A program made the position numbers and the translations under genes. From Phoronis australis (lineage: Eukaryota; Animalia; Phoronida): a DNA stretch of 64,000 nt. Where the stretch lies: assembly GCA_002633005.1 (NCBI GenBank), contig NMRA01000150.1, positions 1,976-65,975 on the forward strand, in the 5' to 3' direction. This document shows, one piece after another, positions 48,947-61,397 of the stretch (position 1 is its first letter; the number at the start of each line of letters is the position of its first letter). Under the pieces are notes generated by a model, which was not told the origin of the DNA, made no database searches, and saw only the letters and a program-made list of their open reading frames with translations.

Positions 48947-51900
48947 TGTTGCATCGTTAGTCTAATAAAACAAGTATTAAATCAGGAACTAACGTGTATT
49001 GTTTATGTCAGACGATCGACGTACCGGAAGTGACTGCTTACATTTATACTACTCGAATGTAACAACGCTACACTCCTTCCATACTACAGAGTGAAGATTC
49101 CTACTCAATAAATGTTCCTGAAGATCTAAACAAAACGTGACAACTTGCTAATAAATGTTAATTAAGTGGCACCTAAGATCTAGTGCAAACAGGTACACTA
49201 AATGAAAACAGAAGTAAACAACTACATGCTACTTGAATGCTAGAGTAATCTTAAACAAGTAAGAACAAGAACTGGAATCTCATCTCTTGGGGGACTGGGA
49301 CTAGATGTAGACAGTTTCTTGCTAGATGTAGTAGATGTTGTAGAATCGATCTGGGTAGATCCATCTTCTTTGTCTTCTTCGTTGGTGTCTATGTTACCAT
49401 GGATCTGTCGGAAGTGTGAGGATTTACGGGTTATCATCTGTTGTCCTCGTTGTGCTGTAATCATGCTGCCTTTCTTATCAGTGACAGTGAAAGGTGACAG
49501 TTGGAACGGCGGTGTTGTTTTGTTCAACTTGGGTTGCTTCACTAGCACGTGATCTCCTGGTCGTAGATTCGAAGTCTGTGTATGTCAGCGGTTATCAGCA
49601 TATGACTTCATCTTGGCCTTGCTGGAGGTGTCATTCTCAACGATGCAATTGTGAACTGAAACGTTGTTGAGACACTGATGTATGGTGGGTAGACCAATGT
49701 TCATCTTTCGATCAGTGAGGGCTTCAAACGGAGATGTCTTGGTAGAGGAGTGAGGCGTCGCTCTGTACTGGGAAAGAAAGGTGGGAAGTTGCGTCTTCCA
49801 ATTCTCTTGGGCTGCTGTTGCTGCTCGTATGTACTTATTCAGAGTTCGCATGAATCTCTGCTTCGCCATTTGCTTCTGGCCACAACGGCGTAACTTTCTT
49901 GTGAACAATTCCGAACTGTTGAGCGAAGGCTGAGAACTCATGGCTGCTGAATGGCGGTCCATTGTTGGTCTTGAGTTTGTGAGGGTTGCCTTGTCGAGCA
50001 AAGATCATCTCGAGTTTCGGAATCACAGCCTTTGCTGAAGTAGACGAGATGATTTCTACTTCTGGATATCTGCTGTATTCATCAATAATTACAAGAAGAT
50101 ATTCTCCCGTAGGAAATGGACCCGCAAAATCCATGGCGAAGGAATGCCAAGATTCCACTGGAAGGTCAGTAGGTACAATTGGTTCTCTGTGAGGTTGTCC
50201 AGGGTTTGACGCTTGGCATGGAATACATCCGCTCACAGCCTTTTCTACAGCCTTTTCAATACCACTGAACCACACCTTTTCTCGGATGAGCTGTTTGGTT
50301 TTCACCACACCTTGATGGGACTTGTGGGCAATAGTGATTACACGCTTCTGGAGGCTCTCAGGAATGACCATTCTTTGTCCTCAAAGAACAATTCCATCTG
50401 CGACAGATAGTTCGTCCCTGAACGATGTGAACGAGCTCAGTTTTGCTGTGTTCCAAATTCCAGTTTCGATAGCTGTTACCAGCGCCTGTATCACTGGATC
50501 TTCTTGGCTCGCTGCATGTACCTCTTCTACAGTCATTGACTTCGGGACTGCAGTCTTCATTACACACTAAATGTAAGCTTCTGTGTTTTGTCGATTCGGC
50601 TGTCACTGGATGACGACTCATGTAGTCTGCTGGGTTGTTCTCATCTTTTCGTGAACGATACTGCACGGTCATATCATATGGCATAAGTCGTAGTCTCCAT
50701 CACTCCATTCTTGCTGTGGTCGGCTTCTGGCTCTTGATTATACCAAGCAAAGGTTTATGATCAGTGGTGATCGTGAAGGTTGAGCCATAAATGTAGATAT
50801 GGAACTTTTCAACTCCAAAGACAAGTGCGAGCATTTCTCGGTCTGTCTGTGAGTATCGTGTCTCAGGGTCAGTGAGTGCACGGCTTGCATACAAGATGAC
50901 TTTATCTTCTTGCATCAAGACAGCACCTAGGCCAACTGGGCTTGCGTCGACTAGTATTTCGGTTTTCTTCTGATGGTCGAAATATGTACTGAGGTACTTG
51001 TCAGCGCATCCTTCAGGTTATTGAAAGCTGTCTCTTCATCTTTGCCCCATGACCATGTGACGTCCTTCTTGGTGAGACGTCGTAACGGTTCAACAATGGT
51101 GGCATAATGACAAATAAATCTGGAAAGGTACTGCGCCATTCCGAGTAGAGATCGAACTTCTGCAGATGAGGAAGGAGCATTCATGTCGATGATGGCCTGA
51201 GTCTTGGACGGTTGTGGAGATATGCCTTGTGCACCAAACGTATGGCCATAGAAGGTAAGTTCATTCACAGAGAATAGGCACTTCTCTTTGTTGAGCTTAG
51301 CACCACTGTCGTCCAGCCTCTTCAGTGTTGCTTGTAGGGTTGCATCGTGTTCCATCTGGGTTTTGCAGAAGACAATTATGTCGTCTAGAGGTTCTTGGCA
51401 CCTGGGATGTCCTGAAGTAACTGTGCAATAGTATTCTGAAATAGTTCAGCTGCAGCGTTGATTCCAAACAGTAGTCTCTTTTATCGTCGTACATGTGTTG
51501 TAAATGTGGTGATGAAACGACTTTCTTCGTCCAACTCTAGTTGATGGTAGGCACTTGACATGTCTAACTTGCTGTAGCCTCACTCAGGTCACGGATAAGG
51601 TCATCAATAGTCGGCATGATGTGCTTGGTTCGCTTAATCGCTTTATTGGCTTCTCTCATGTCAACACACAGTCGTACGCCTTCTTTCTTGGGTATTACTA
51701 CAACTGGGCTAATCCATGGGGTGGGGCCGTTGACTTCCTCAATCACGTCGAGATCGGTCAGTCGTGCAATTTCTTGTTCGACATCTTTTCGCACGTGAAA
51801 TGGAATGCGTCGATGCCTCTGAGTTTTCGGTTGTATGCTGTCATCGATGTGGAGCTTGATCTTGACATCTTTGAGTTTGCCAATGCCTGGAGAAAACAGG

Positions 51901-53447
51901 AGAATACTCTTCACTCTCCGGGATGGATGACTGGAAGGCATACTGGATGAGACCAAGTGCTTGGGCGGTTTGTCCACAAAGTAGGCTGCAAGTGGGACGT
52001 TCTCGTCGAATCAGGTAGAAGGTCGCCATGCATTTAGAGCCATTACACGCCACTTCCGTTTTGAAGGAGCCCACTACGTCGAGGCATGCATCTTGTGCGT
52101 ATGCGTAAATCTTCGTCGAGCAGGGTTGTTGTGTAGGTCTCTCAGGAAAATGCTGTAGCATGGACTCGGGAATAATATTCACTGAAGCTCCCGTATCTAC
52201 AATGAATTCTACTGATGTATCAAGGAGTTAAATATTGACCCTCGGGACGTTGCCTTTGACAGTATCAGCAGTGAACACGTATTTGGAGTCGGAATCGCTG
52301 TCGTGCTCACCAGTGTCTTCTCGACCGATTTGGCTGACTTGCTTTGATCTGTAAACTTGTGCGAAATGTCCAACTTTTCCACAGTTCAGACAGTCTCTCC
52401 CTTTTGCAGGACATATGGTGTTCGCAGGATGGGGAAAATCTCCACCACAGTTTCGACACACTCGGTTTCGTTTTCGCCAGTTGTTGTTGGGCTTGTGGTT
52501 GTTACTGGTGTGGGTCTGCCCTGATGACGTTCGCTTCGGGACTCGCGAGTTGAATGGTTTCTTGGGTCTGTGCTGGTCCTGTGGTTTGAACTGATGGGGC
52601 GACTGTGATTTGTGCTTGTGCAATGTTAGCGAGTTGACACCCTTTTCAATGTCACTGGCATGTTGTTCAGAGAGTTTGAGTGCATGTGCTTCGTCAAGAG
52701 CTTGTGTCAGCGTCATGTTGTCTCGTAGGCCACAACGGCGGAGTCGAGTGGAGGTGAACCCATGAAGAATGTTAAGATCTCACGATCTGTGTCATGAAAG
52801 TCACATGTGGCTGCAAGTGTTCTCAAGCGAGTGTGAAACGAGTCAATTGTCTCTGATGGTTCCTGCACCGCTTGCCTGAATTTGTATGTTTCATATGCAG
52901 TGTTTTGCTTAGGCGTGAAGTAAGTAGTGAAGCTTTGTTTCACAGTATCATAGGCATCTTCTTCACCCTGTTGAGCGTCTGTCATGCTATCATAGATATC
53001 AAACCCCTTTTCGCCTATGTAATGTAGTAATAGGGCTTTCTTACGTTTAGTGTCAGTAATGTTCAAGGCTTAAAGCATGTTTTCAAACTTGTTTAGCCAT
53101 TTCATCCACCTACTACCCGCGGATTGTTCATTGGCGTGTACCAGAAACGGGGGAAAGGCAGGTAGGGATGTCATATCAACAGCACGGACTCAGCGTGTAC
53201 GGGCGAGGACAGCTCAAATATACTGCAAATGTCAGTTCGTGACAGTTTATGTAGGAATAACACGTATCCCTGTGACTTGTCGGTTGTTATTGGGGTCTTG
53301 TCGATCCTCATCGCCAGTGTTGCATCATTAGTTAGTCTAATAAAACAAGTATTAAATCAGGAACTAACGTGTATTGTGTATGTCAGACGATCGACGTACC
53401 GGAAGTGACTCCTTACATTTATACTACTCAAATGTAACAACACTACA
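48947..53447 (-). mobile_element. Full-length but decayed Ty3/Gypsy element (Mag-like)
   Basis: LTRs 48947-49072 and 53318-53447 differ by a few substitutions and a 4-bp indel; TSD acgtc; PBS TGGCGATGAGGAT matches tRNA-Ser(GCT) with 1 mismatch; PPT ggaaggag. Confidence 0.93.
49240..53173 (-). pseudogene. Gypsy gag-pol pseudogene
   Basis: gag with Cys knuckles, PR IVDTGASVN, RT WISPVVVIPKK..RLCVDMR, RNase H YSQTDRE..TDHKPL, IN MDFAGP..IDEYSRYPE..WPEANG; many frameshifts. Confidence 0.92.
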
Positions 53448-55339
53448 ACGTCTATATGTCTGCGGTTATTACCAAATCCACAGTCCATTATTACACGCTC
53501 GAAAGGCATTTCTCTGTCGTTCTTCACTTGTGGTGTGATCATTTGGATGACAATTACAATAACATTTGTGTCGGAAGCCCTGATCAATGCATTGCCATTT
53601 GAGTTGGCTAAGTGGTAGGCAAGAAGCGCGTCGGCTTCTTGGTGGGAGCCTTGAAGATCTGGTGGATGATCAGCTGCCGTGGTACCACTGTAAGAAAGGC
53701 GAATACAGTTGCCGCCATGTTAGACAACAAGTGTTTTCTCCCCAAGAATTGGTCCATATGTTTACCTAGCAACTTGCTTTTTCTGTATTGATCATGGATC
53801 CGTCAGAGTACGCAATGGACAGTGGATACTGTGTAATTGGAAACGTTGTCACATATCGAATGTCAAAAACTGACATTTCCGAAATGATAACTAGTAAACA
53901 AATGAAAACGTCTCGAAGGCTCTCAGCTGTTGACTTGTCCTTGGCAAGAGGCTGCTCCTTGTTTATGCTTTCTTTTGTAAAGTTGTACACTTTTTGTCTT
54001 CTAATTGGCTTCAAAAAACTCTGCTTCTGAGTTGAACACTGGTCTTGGAATTCCAGTCGGAGTTTGTGTCCAGCATCAAGACACCCGCTTAGATACTCTT
54101 GGATTTCTTGTGTGACTGCTTTGACCAGCAGCAAAATTCACCAGTCGAATGTTGTTGCTAGCTCTGAAAAGGGGTCTCAGGAATTTGAAATTGCATTCAT
54201 CAGTTGGTCTTTGTCGTGGGTATCTTTTTCAATTCTACTTCCTGGTAGAGATGCATTGCTGGTTCCTCGTCAGATTCCTCAACTCCGCAACAGACATTCC
54301 TCGTTGAGTTGATGTAATGCACCATCTTCTTCTCATGGTAGAGTTGGAATTGTGAAAATTCCTAATTCCTTTCATAGGTGAAGCTGCGTCTCTGTTAACA
54401 TTCTGTTAAGCGTTAAATCTATTGCTGACCTTGAAAAATTTTGCTAGTTCTTGTAACTGAGAACGCCCCTGATTCCAGAATCATCCGAGTTTGCGGTGTG
54501 ACGTTTTTGAGCTGGTCGAGAAAAAGACAACCACAGCGAGCGTAATTAGGTCGGAAATACTTCTATGTAGTCCTCAATGTTGGTTGTGCACAAAGCACGC
54601 ATCAGTTTCCTGTGGAGATGATTAATCATGTATACATACATTCCCCAGAACTTCACAGTCTGCCTGAGCTTTCCGCACAGTAAGTCTATAAAGAATGAAT
54701 TGTACTCAGCCATGTGACTTTGAAATGTTGGGTGTGTTTTCAGGAACTCTTCTTGTCTGTCTAAAGAGATGTGTTTGAATTAATCACTTCACCTACCAGC
54801 CCTTGTTACCGTAACATGTCGTTGTTTTATATTTATTTAAATAGCATTGGAAGTCCAGTGTGTGGCTGCGTACCAAATTAGGGGTGATCTGTATTTTATC
54901 ACGGAGGACATGATATCGGCCATCGACAAATATCGACTCCGCGAAACTAAAACATTGCAAACAGTATACACCGCACTAAATTTTGAAATCATGTAAAAAT
55001 TTATCAAAAACTCACCATGATGCGAGTTAGCGGCCTTACATCTTGACACCCGTCTGCTTTTTGATTGTTGTGATAGTGTCATGAGAGTAAACTCAGGCTT
55101 TAGAGAATGAAAGTTTTATTTTCCTGCTGTCCCGCTTTTTGCATTTAACTTATAAATACACCACTTTTGTCACCAATTGAGAATATATGTACTTCGATTT
55201 CCTTGGTGCGATTTTTAACATCTTGTTGTCCAGTTGTTTGGGTTTCCCACCTGATTACTTGAACTAGCGGAGGGAAGCTTCACGTACAATTGTAGCTCCA
55301 GTTTTAGGGTCCTTTCTGGGTTTCTGGCTGACTACTTCC

Positions 55340-56040
55340 AGAGTAAAAGTTGCCTTTCATGGGTCATTGGGTGTTCAGTGCAGCACGGTTGTTGGTTTTA
55401 AATCAGCTTAAGCCGATACCTTGAAAATATGTCTCAAAAATGGCATTCTGTGGTGAGATTTTTGAGGGTTTCTGCCAGGCACATTCCAGAGTGTATTTTG
55501 TCTGTAATAGGGCATTTAGTGACCTGTGACATGCATTGAATCTCATGGAATTGTTTTTTTGTGGTACCTCGAGTGTATGTGTTATCTCATTTTTGGGGTC
55601 CTTTTTTGGTTTCTGCCGGACCCTTTCCAGAGTGCAGTTTGTATGTCATGGGTCATTCGGTGTTCAATGCGGTTCTGTTGTTTGTTTAAAATCAGTTTTG
55701 GCCGTAACCTTGAAAATCTAGTCTAGCTCAAATTTTTGATGGCATACTGTGGTTGAGATTTTTGGGGGTTTCTGCCGGGCACAACCCAGAGTGTAATTTG
55801 TCTGTCATAGGGGTTTTAGTGATCTGTGACATGTATTGAATCATATGGAGTTGGTTTTTTGTGGTACCTCAAATGTATGTGCTAGCTCATTTTAGGGGAG
55901 TCCTTTTTGGTTTCTGCCGGACCCATTCCAGAGCGCAAATTGTCTGTCATGAGTCATTTGGTGTTTAGTGTGATAGTATTGTTAGTTTTAAATCAGTTTT
56001 GGCCCGTTCCTCGAATATCTAGTCTAGCTCATTTTTTTGG
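55340..56040. repeat. Right inverted array of ~300-bp units (about 2.5 copies)
   Basis: Reverse complement of the left array. Confidence 0.8.
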
Positions 56041-56436
56041 CCCTTTCTAAGGATCCCCAGGGGTCACACCCAGAGTGCAGACAACGGCAGACGTTCATTT
56101 CTGTACCTACTGAGGTGGACTCTAAATGCTCCCGTGGTCAGATGTTGGTACCTCGTTCATCTTTGCTAAGTGCTCTGGGCTGCTGGTCTAGTATGCCTAA
56201 TCATAGAATATACAGTCAATGGCCTAATCCATTACCTAATGCAATTCTTTGACTCCTGAATCCTAAACCTGTCTTCAGATGCATAGTGTTATGACCAGCT
56301 GACTACGCTGTCAGGTGTGCCTTTGAAATCAAGAGCCAAATATTTTTTTGACAATCCAGGCCAATTAAGACACTGTTTGGACACACTTGGAGTGGCTCTG
56401 GATTGTACTACGCTTGGTTGCATTCTTTTCATGTAG

Positions 56437-56454
56437 GAGCATTTTAGTTACTGG
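56437..56454 (+). CDS. Candidate 18-nt micro-exon (SILVTG)
   Basis: cattcttttcatgtag / gtaatt; phase 2-2, compatible with the 40320 exon. Confidence 0.35.
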
Positions 56455-57845
56455 GTAATTTATAATATTTCTCAAGGTAAATAATGTTTCCATTGATGCT
56501 GTTATCCTAGTGGAATTGTGTTGGCATAGGTGTCTCTGCTCACCATTTGGATGGGGAAGGGGGTGGGAGATCTAGTTATTTTTAGCACTATTGCACGGGT
56601 TTAAACAGAGTCTAGGGATGAACCTGCTTAAATAAGTTTTTGGAGTTAAACATGATTGAAATGTTGTTTGCAATGTAATGATGATTTCTCAAAATCATTT
56701 GTCTTTTCAAAACCTGTCTTCCCTTTCTGCAAGTGTTAGACTCTTCCAACTATTGATAAGGTTGCACCCACCTGTCTTCAGTCTCTATCAGCTGAAAGGA
56801 AAGCTGGGTGGTTACTGTGGCAAAGGGACTCTTATAAGATAACATGCCTAGGTCATTATCTCTTACATGTGGCAAATCAAACTGGAAATTGGTGAATTCA
56901 GTTACAAGAACTGTTTGAACTGAGTATTTATAGGGGATATAACTTAGAAATTCTAGTAGATTTTGGGTTTCATGTTCAGAAAAAATTTGGATTACGGTCA
57001 TTACTGAAGTATCTAGATAAGGAAAGACTCGTACCTAACCTTTGACTTTAGAAAATAATTCATAGAGTAGATGTGAGTCTTTCCAGCTTACCTTATGAGT
57101 AGCCTTTATCATACCGTGAAACACGTCAGTAAGTATTTCTAGTTATTTGCTACTCTTTTCAGCAAAAGTATGTGTGGGTGAATTTTTGAGGTAATAGAAT
57201 GGTGAAAAAGTGCAAATATACTACCTGGAATAGGGTCTTGGACTTGAAGCCTATCTTCAACAATAACACATGTAAATTTGGTTCCTGCAGTATGCAAAGA
57301 GCATTGCTCTGAGCCCACTAATGCCATAAATTGCCAAAATGTAATGAACTGTTAGGCGTATTAGTTTGCTTTTGTTTACATCACTTCGAGAATCACCTTT
57401 TAATTCAAACAGCTGCGAATAATACCCGCACACAATGGTGTTCTATTCAGACCCCTATTCCATACAACCTTTTGTTGTTTGTGCTGGGATCTCGCGGTGA
57501 CGCAACATGGCAGGAAAAGGCAGCTTCACTTATCATTTGACGGGCTTACATTTACGTGATTGAACTGGCATTTCCTTACTTTACTAAGGCTATGCTAGGA
57601 CTATCTGGTTAGCCCAATACATCTAAAATAACAAAATTCCGTTGAAGGTAGGGTTTAAGTCCATCGTGGATTGAACTTTCCTCTGTAGTGGAGATAGAAA
57701 GATAACATTGTGTGACTGACCAACTTTCCAAAATGTTGACAAGGGGAGTACATCCAGTACTGTTATTTTGCCCTTTGTGCCAATTTCGTGGTGTCATCAT
57801 TGCAACTCTAAAGGGAAAGGCAACATTTTTTCTTATCATATTTAG

Positions 57846-57855
57846 CAAAAATAAG
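57846..57855 (+). CDS. Candidate 10-nt micro-exon (KNK)
   Basis: ttttttcttatcatatttag / AAG|gtactt; phase 2-0. Confidence 0.3.
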
Positions 57856-57935
57856 GTACTTTGATTATCCTAGACATATATTTCACTTAATTACAGTTCA
57901 TAATTCAGTTAATTATTCATCCTTTACTCCGGAAG

Positions 57936-57949
57936 TGACGTATTGAGAG
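57936..57949 (+). CDS. Candidate 14-nt micro-exon beginning with in-frame TGA (URIER)
   Basis: Pyrimidine tract plus aag acceptor; AG|gtaaga donor; phase 0-2. Confidence 0.33.
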
Positions 57950-57980
57950 GTAAGAATTTCGCGCCAATTTATTTTCATAT

Positions 57981-59110
57981 ACCGTATTCGCCGTAATAAC
58001 CGCCATGCACCTATAAGCGCCCCCCAAGCGTTTTCAGACTTTGCTGAAATAAGCGCCTAGTCCATGAACGTGTACATGCGAACAATGATGTACCTACTGT
58101 CCTAAAACTCGGCTACAGTAACGTCTTCAATTTATCAAAAAAGTTTGCACGGGTCTTCTAGACCACCAGCGGCACTGCTACGCTTGTATTTAGCCGTGAC
58201 TATACACTTCAAAGTAATGCAGCGCTTCAAAAAGAACGCAACAGCGTTGCTACTCTCGCGACGACCGTGTCCCACTATGGTCTGACCTTTCAGTAAAGAC
58301 ACATTGACTGTCTCATGAATAAAAATAACTCTGTGTTAAACACACGTGGCCAGGAAGCGCGCGCTACATATATGAACCTGTCATCAAAGACATTAGTCGG
58401 GAACTATCCATTCATGAAACGGGTAGCATAGCATCGGCAAGAAATGAATATTGGCACTAATTTCCGACAATACTATAATACTATAAAACATGTTTGCGTT
58501 ATTTTTGAGATGGATTGTTTGATTAACCATAATTGGTGTTTTTAAGCTGAATATCCGATAAAATGACAACTGACAGTGAATGCTTACACACCCTTGTACC
58601 AAAAAATAACTGTCAGATATTTTACGCACGCATCCAGCTACACGGCGACTAATATGGGCCTTACCAAGACAAATGTCGAACGTTTTTAACACATGAGACT
58701 GGCAAGTGCTGAATGAAACATGCTCTGGTTTAGGCCTACTCCTTGTGCAAATTTCTTTAGACACAATGATGCACATCTAGCTCGTTAGATTGCGTGACTC
58801 TGGCCAAAAGACGGTCTCTGCTTTGGCAAATGAACTCTGGTGACACACATGCGCTCGCTTACTCACAAACGCAGATGAACTTCAAAACAAACGTCACGTG
58901 ACAACAACATGTGTGTTCGTCCAGACATTTTTCTCGCCGTGTTGCCGATCATACATGTAGATGGCACGATGTTGCACAGATTCCATTTAAACCTGCCATT
59001 AATCCAGGCTCCACGGGGACTCAAAAAAAATCTTAGGGACGCTACTTAGAAAACTTAATGAAGATTTCAGGTAATTTGCTTGAGTCGAAACTATTTTTAT
59101 TCAGGCATTG
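57981..59110. mobile_element. Tc1/mariner-like element related to the ZFAND4 intronic copies
   Basis: TA|ccgtatt start; 58820-59100 similar to about 15265-15520. Confidence 0.6.
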
Positions 59111-59129
59111 AAGTCGCCATATCTGATTT

Positions 59130-60520
59130 AAACGTCATTAGGTGAAATCAAGGTAGTCCAGTCTGACGCTCTTCCCAGTAGGTGCGAGGTTCAGGACGAG
59201 CTTCAGGATGTCATCTTTCCGTAGCTAAAAACTGTCCGTTTCCTTTGGCCACATAAGCAATCCACTCATTTTACTGGACGTATGTAAGAAGTTGACATCC
59301 ACAGGCAAGTCATCATCTTATGTGTCCACGACTTGGCTGAGTTATCGGCAACCTTCCTATTTACAAACAACAAAATAGTCTTGCTTCACTTGTATCTTGA
59401 CATCCTTGGTCTCATCTTCAGCAATGTTTTCTCTGACAACGTGCTTCTTCCAACCGCAACCACCATCGTCAAACTGGCATCACTGAACATTTTTCACAAG
59501 CGTATGTGGTTTCTCTTGTGTGGAGGGTTACACAGCCATTCCCATGTATCTTCACAGTGCCCTTGACAGTATCTGGTTTCTTGATTTAACACTCCTCGAG
59601 CCGTTCTCGAATTCGTCAAGCGGTATCTTACAGTGGTGGCCCAGGCGAAGAAATTGTCTGTCTTGAATGATGGCTTTTTCTTGCTTCACGGCATTATCTG
59701 CCTGCCGTTTTGATGATCCTCCCCATCCGTCGCATGGTCTCTTACCATGCCCTGCCTCGAAATATTGCCATGAGGCTCGGACGCCACATATATTGTGAAA
59801 TCTTCTCATCAAGTTGCAGATTGTTTTGTTCCTATACTGTGGTTTTTGTGACTTGATCCAGGATTGGTCTCTATTCCTGTGAGTTTCCAGGAATTTGTCT
59901 GGGTTTGTGCATTTGGTGACTTTCAAGTCTTTCAAACATCTCATGTTCAGTGCAAATTTCTGATGCATGGTGCTCAAGCAAACTGATCTCTATGAGAAGC
60001 TTACCAGGACAATATGCGATGGTCCTGCTTGGCAGAACGTCGCCAAGGACATCTGGCAAGTGGACTCAGAAAGGAATTTGTGGTGCAGGTTATGCATGTA
60101 ATCGTTTAGTGCTCAGCTTCTGAATATTGGTTTTCTCAACTTTAACTGCGTCAGCTTTACCAGGCAACATTCTTGAATTGTCGTCTCATTCAGATTCCCT
60201 GACCGAGTTTTTCCGCTTTCCCAAATTCAGCAGCTTCATCCCTTCCATGGTTCTTCTGTTCAACTTTGTGTAGTTTTCCATCGTAGACTTTCAGTTATAC
60301 CTCTTCACAATTTTGCCAGTAACAACAGGCATAATATATTTCTTGGTTCTGATTGACTATGAAGCCTGCTTTATCTCCTCAGCGACACATTCGGCAAATA
60401 AAACTTTCTTTTTGAGATGCACTGCTTCTGATGGATTGACACCTGCATCTTTCAGAAGCTTCATCGTTTCAAAGTTTGGAAAATTAAGACAATTCCTAGA
60501 CTTAAGAAGTCAAAAATGAA
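59130..60520 (-). pseudogene. DNA transposase relic, probably Sola2
   Basis: QYRNK...WQYFEAGHGKRPCDGWGGSSKR motif; frameshifted. Confidence 0.6.
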
Positions 60521-61013
60521 ATTAAGTCAGTTTCTTGGAATGGGCCCGAGGTCTTGCAGTCTTAAGCATTCATATGCCATCTGATCAGAAGGCAAATTGT
60601 ACAACTAATCTATTGTCTGAAAACAAGTCACGTATGAATATTTGTTTGACACCTGATCTGCCTTGTTATTGTCAGACCCCAAATCAGACTGGCAGATCAA
60701 TCTATTTTATGCATTAACATTATTAATGTGTTAATTTCTTGTAAGAGGGTAAGTAAAATGCTTTGTGAATGCATGTTTTTAAGTGTCTGATCTGGCTTCT
60801 GATCAAACATTCTATTTAGCTTCTTTTAAAAGTTTCACATGTGAACGTGTTGTTCCAGTTATTGAATTCTCTATTTTAGGGAAGGTGTTTTGTTTGGGTT
60901 GGGCAACCCTCTACTGGATATTTCGGCGGTGACGGAAGAGTCCTTTTTAAAAAAGTAATTATACTATTTTCGTTTTTCACTGACAGGTATATTTAGTGAT
61001 TGATAGAATGTCT

Positions 61014-61236
61014 GATGCGCGCACCCAGGGGAGGCTCGAATGAGCCCCCCCATTTGGCAAAGTGGGCAAAAGGATCTGCCTGAGGGAAACGAAAACTCTG
61101 AAAAAAGGTAGAAAACGAGACAAAACTCCACTAAAAAGGCACAATTCATTGCTCTGAACTTACTCAGTAAATCTTAGTAAAAGGTTCACATTCTCAAAAA
61201 TTTGAGCCCCCCATTTTTTAGACTGGGTGCGCGCAT
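61014..61236. mobile_element. MITE, CATGCGCGCACC family
   Basis: TIRs; exact 5-bp TSD tgtct. Confidence 0.75.
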
Positions 61237-61343
61237 GTGTCTTCAATAATTTGATTAGTTGGCTATTTATTGATATTTTGCCAAAAAATTGAAATTAATA
61301 ATTATTGTCATCTTGTAAATTTGATTAATCCTCAATTTTTCAG

Positions 61344-61397
61344 ATATGGTCTTGAAGCTAACAATGCAATCTTGGCTGAAGACAAGCATCTTCCCAT
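61344..61397 (+). CDS. Candidate 54-nt exon (YGLEANNAILAEDKHLP)
   Basis: ctcaatttttcag / gtgagc; open frame; phase 2-2. Confidence 0.45.

Larger units (their letters stand above)
47960..54800 (-). pseudogene. Decayed Academ transposase-XPG/FEN1-like protein
   Basis: Ordered motifs PNYAR, GAFSVTR..FSRSAIDLTL, YPLSIAYSDGSM, IRASDTNV, GNNRRHIDV, LPGLHAMTGCD..ALYRKGK, PPC..L..LERAHYVA, YGW...PVW; many frameshifts; split by the Gypsy and a MITE. Confidence 0.75.
41810..56190 (-). mobile_element. AcademX-like DNA transposon with long tandem-repeat inverted arms, hosting Copia, Gypsy and a MITE
   Basis: 5'-TAG...CTA-3' ends; imperfect 3-bp flanks ata / gta; ~150-bp unique TIR plus ~300-bp tandem units mirrored at both ends; decayed transposase-XPG coding sequence inside. 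Confidence 0.75.

Noticed and set aside
56437-56454. SILVTG as the start of a Rossmann/SDR enzyme
   Set aside because: No downstream exon supplying GxxGxxG was found in the window
57066-57072. Alternative 7-nt micro-exon agtagat before gtgagt
   Set aside because: Phase-compatible but with a poor pyrimidine tract; 57846-57855 has the better acceptor and Rdx-like spacing
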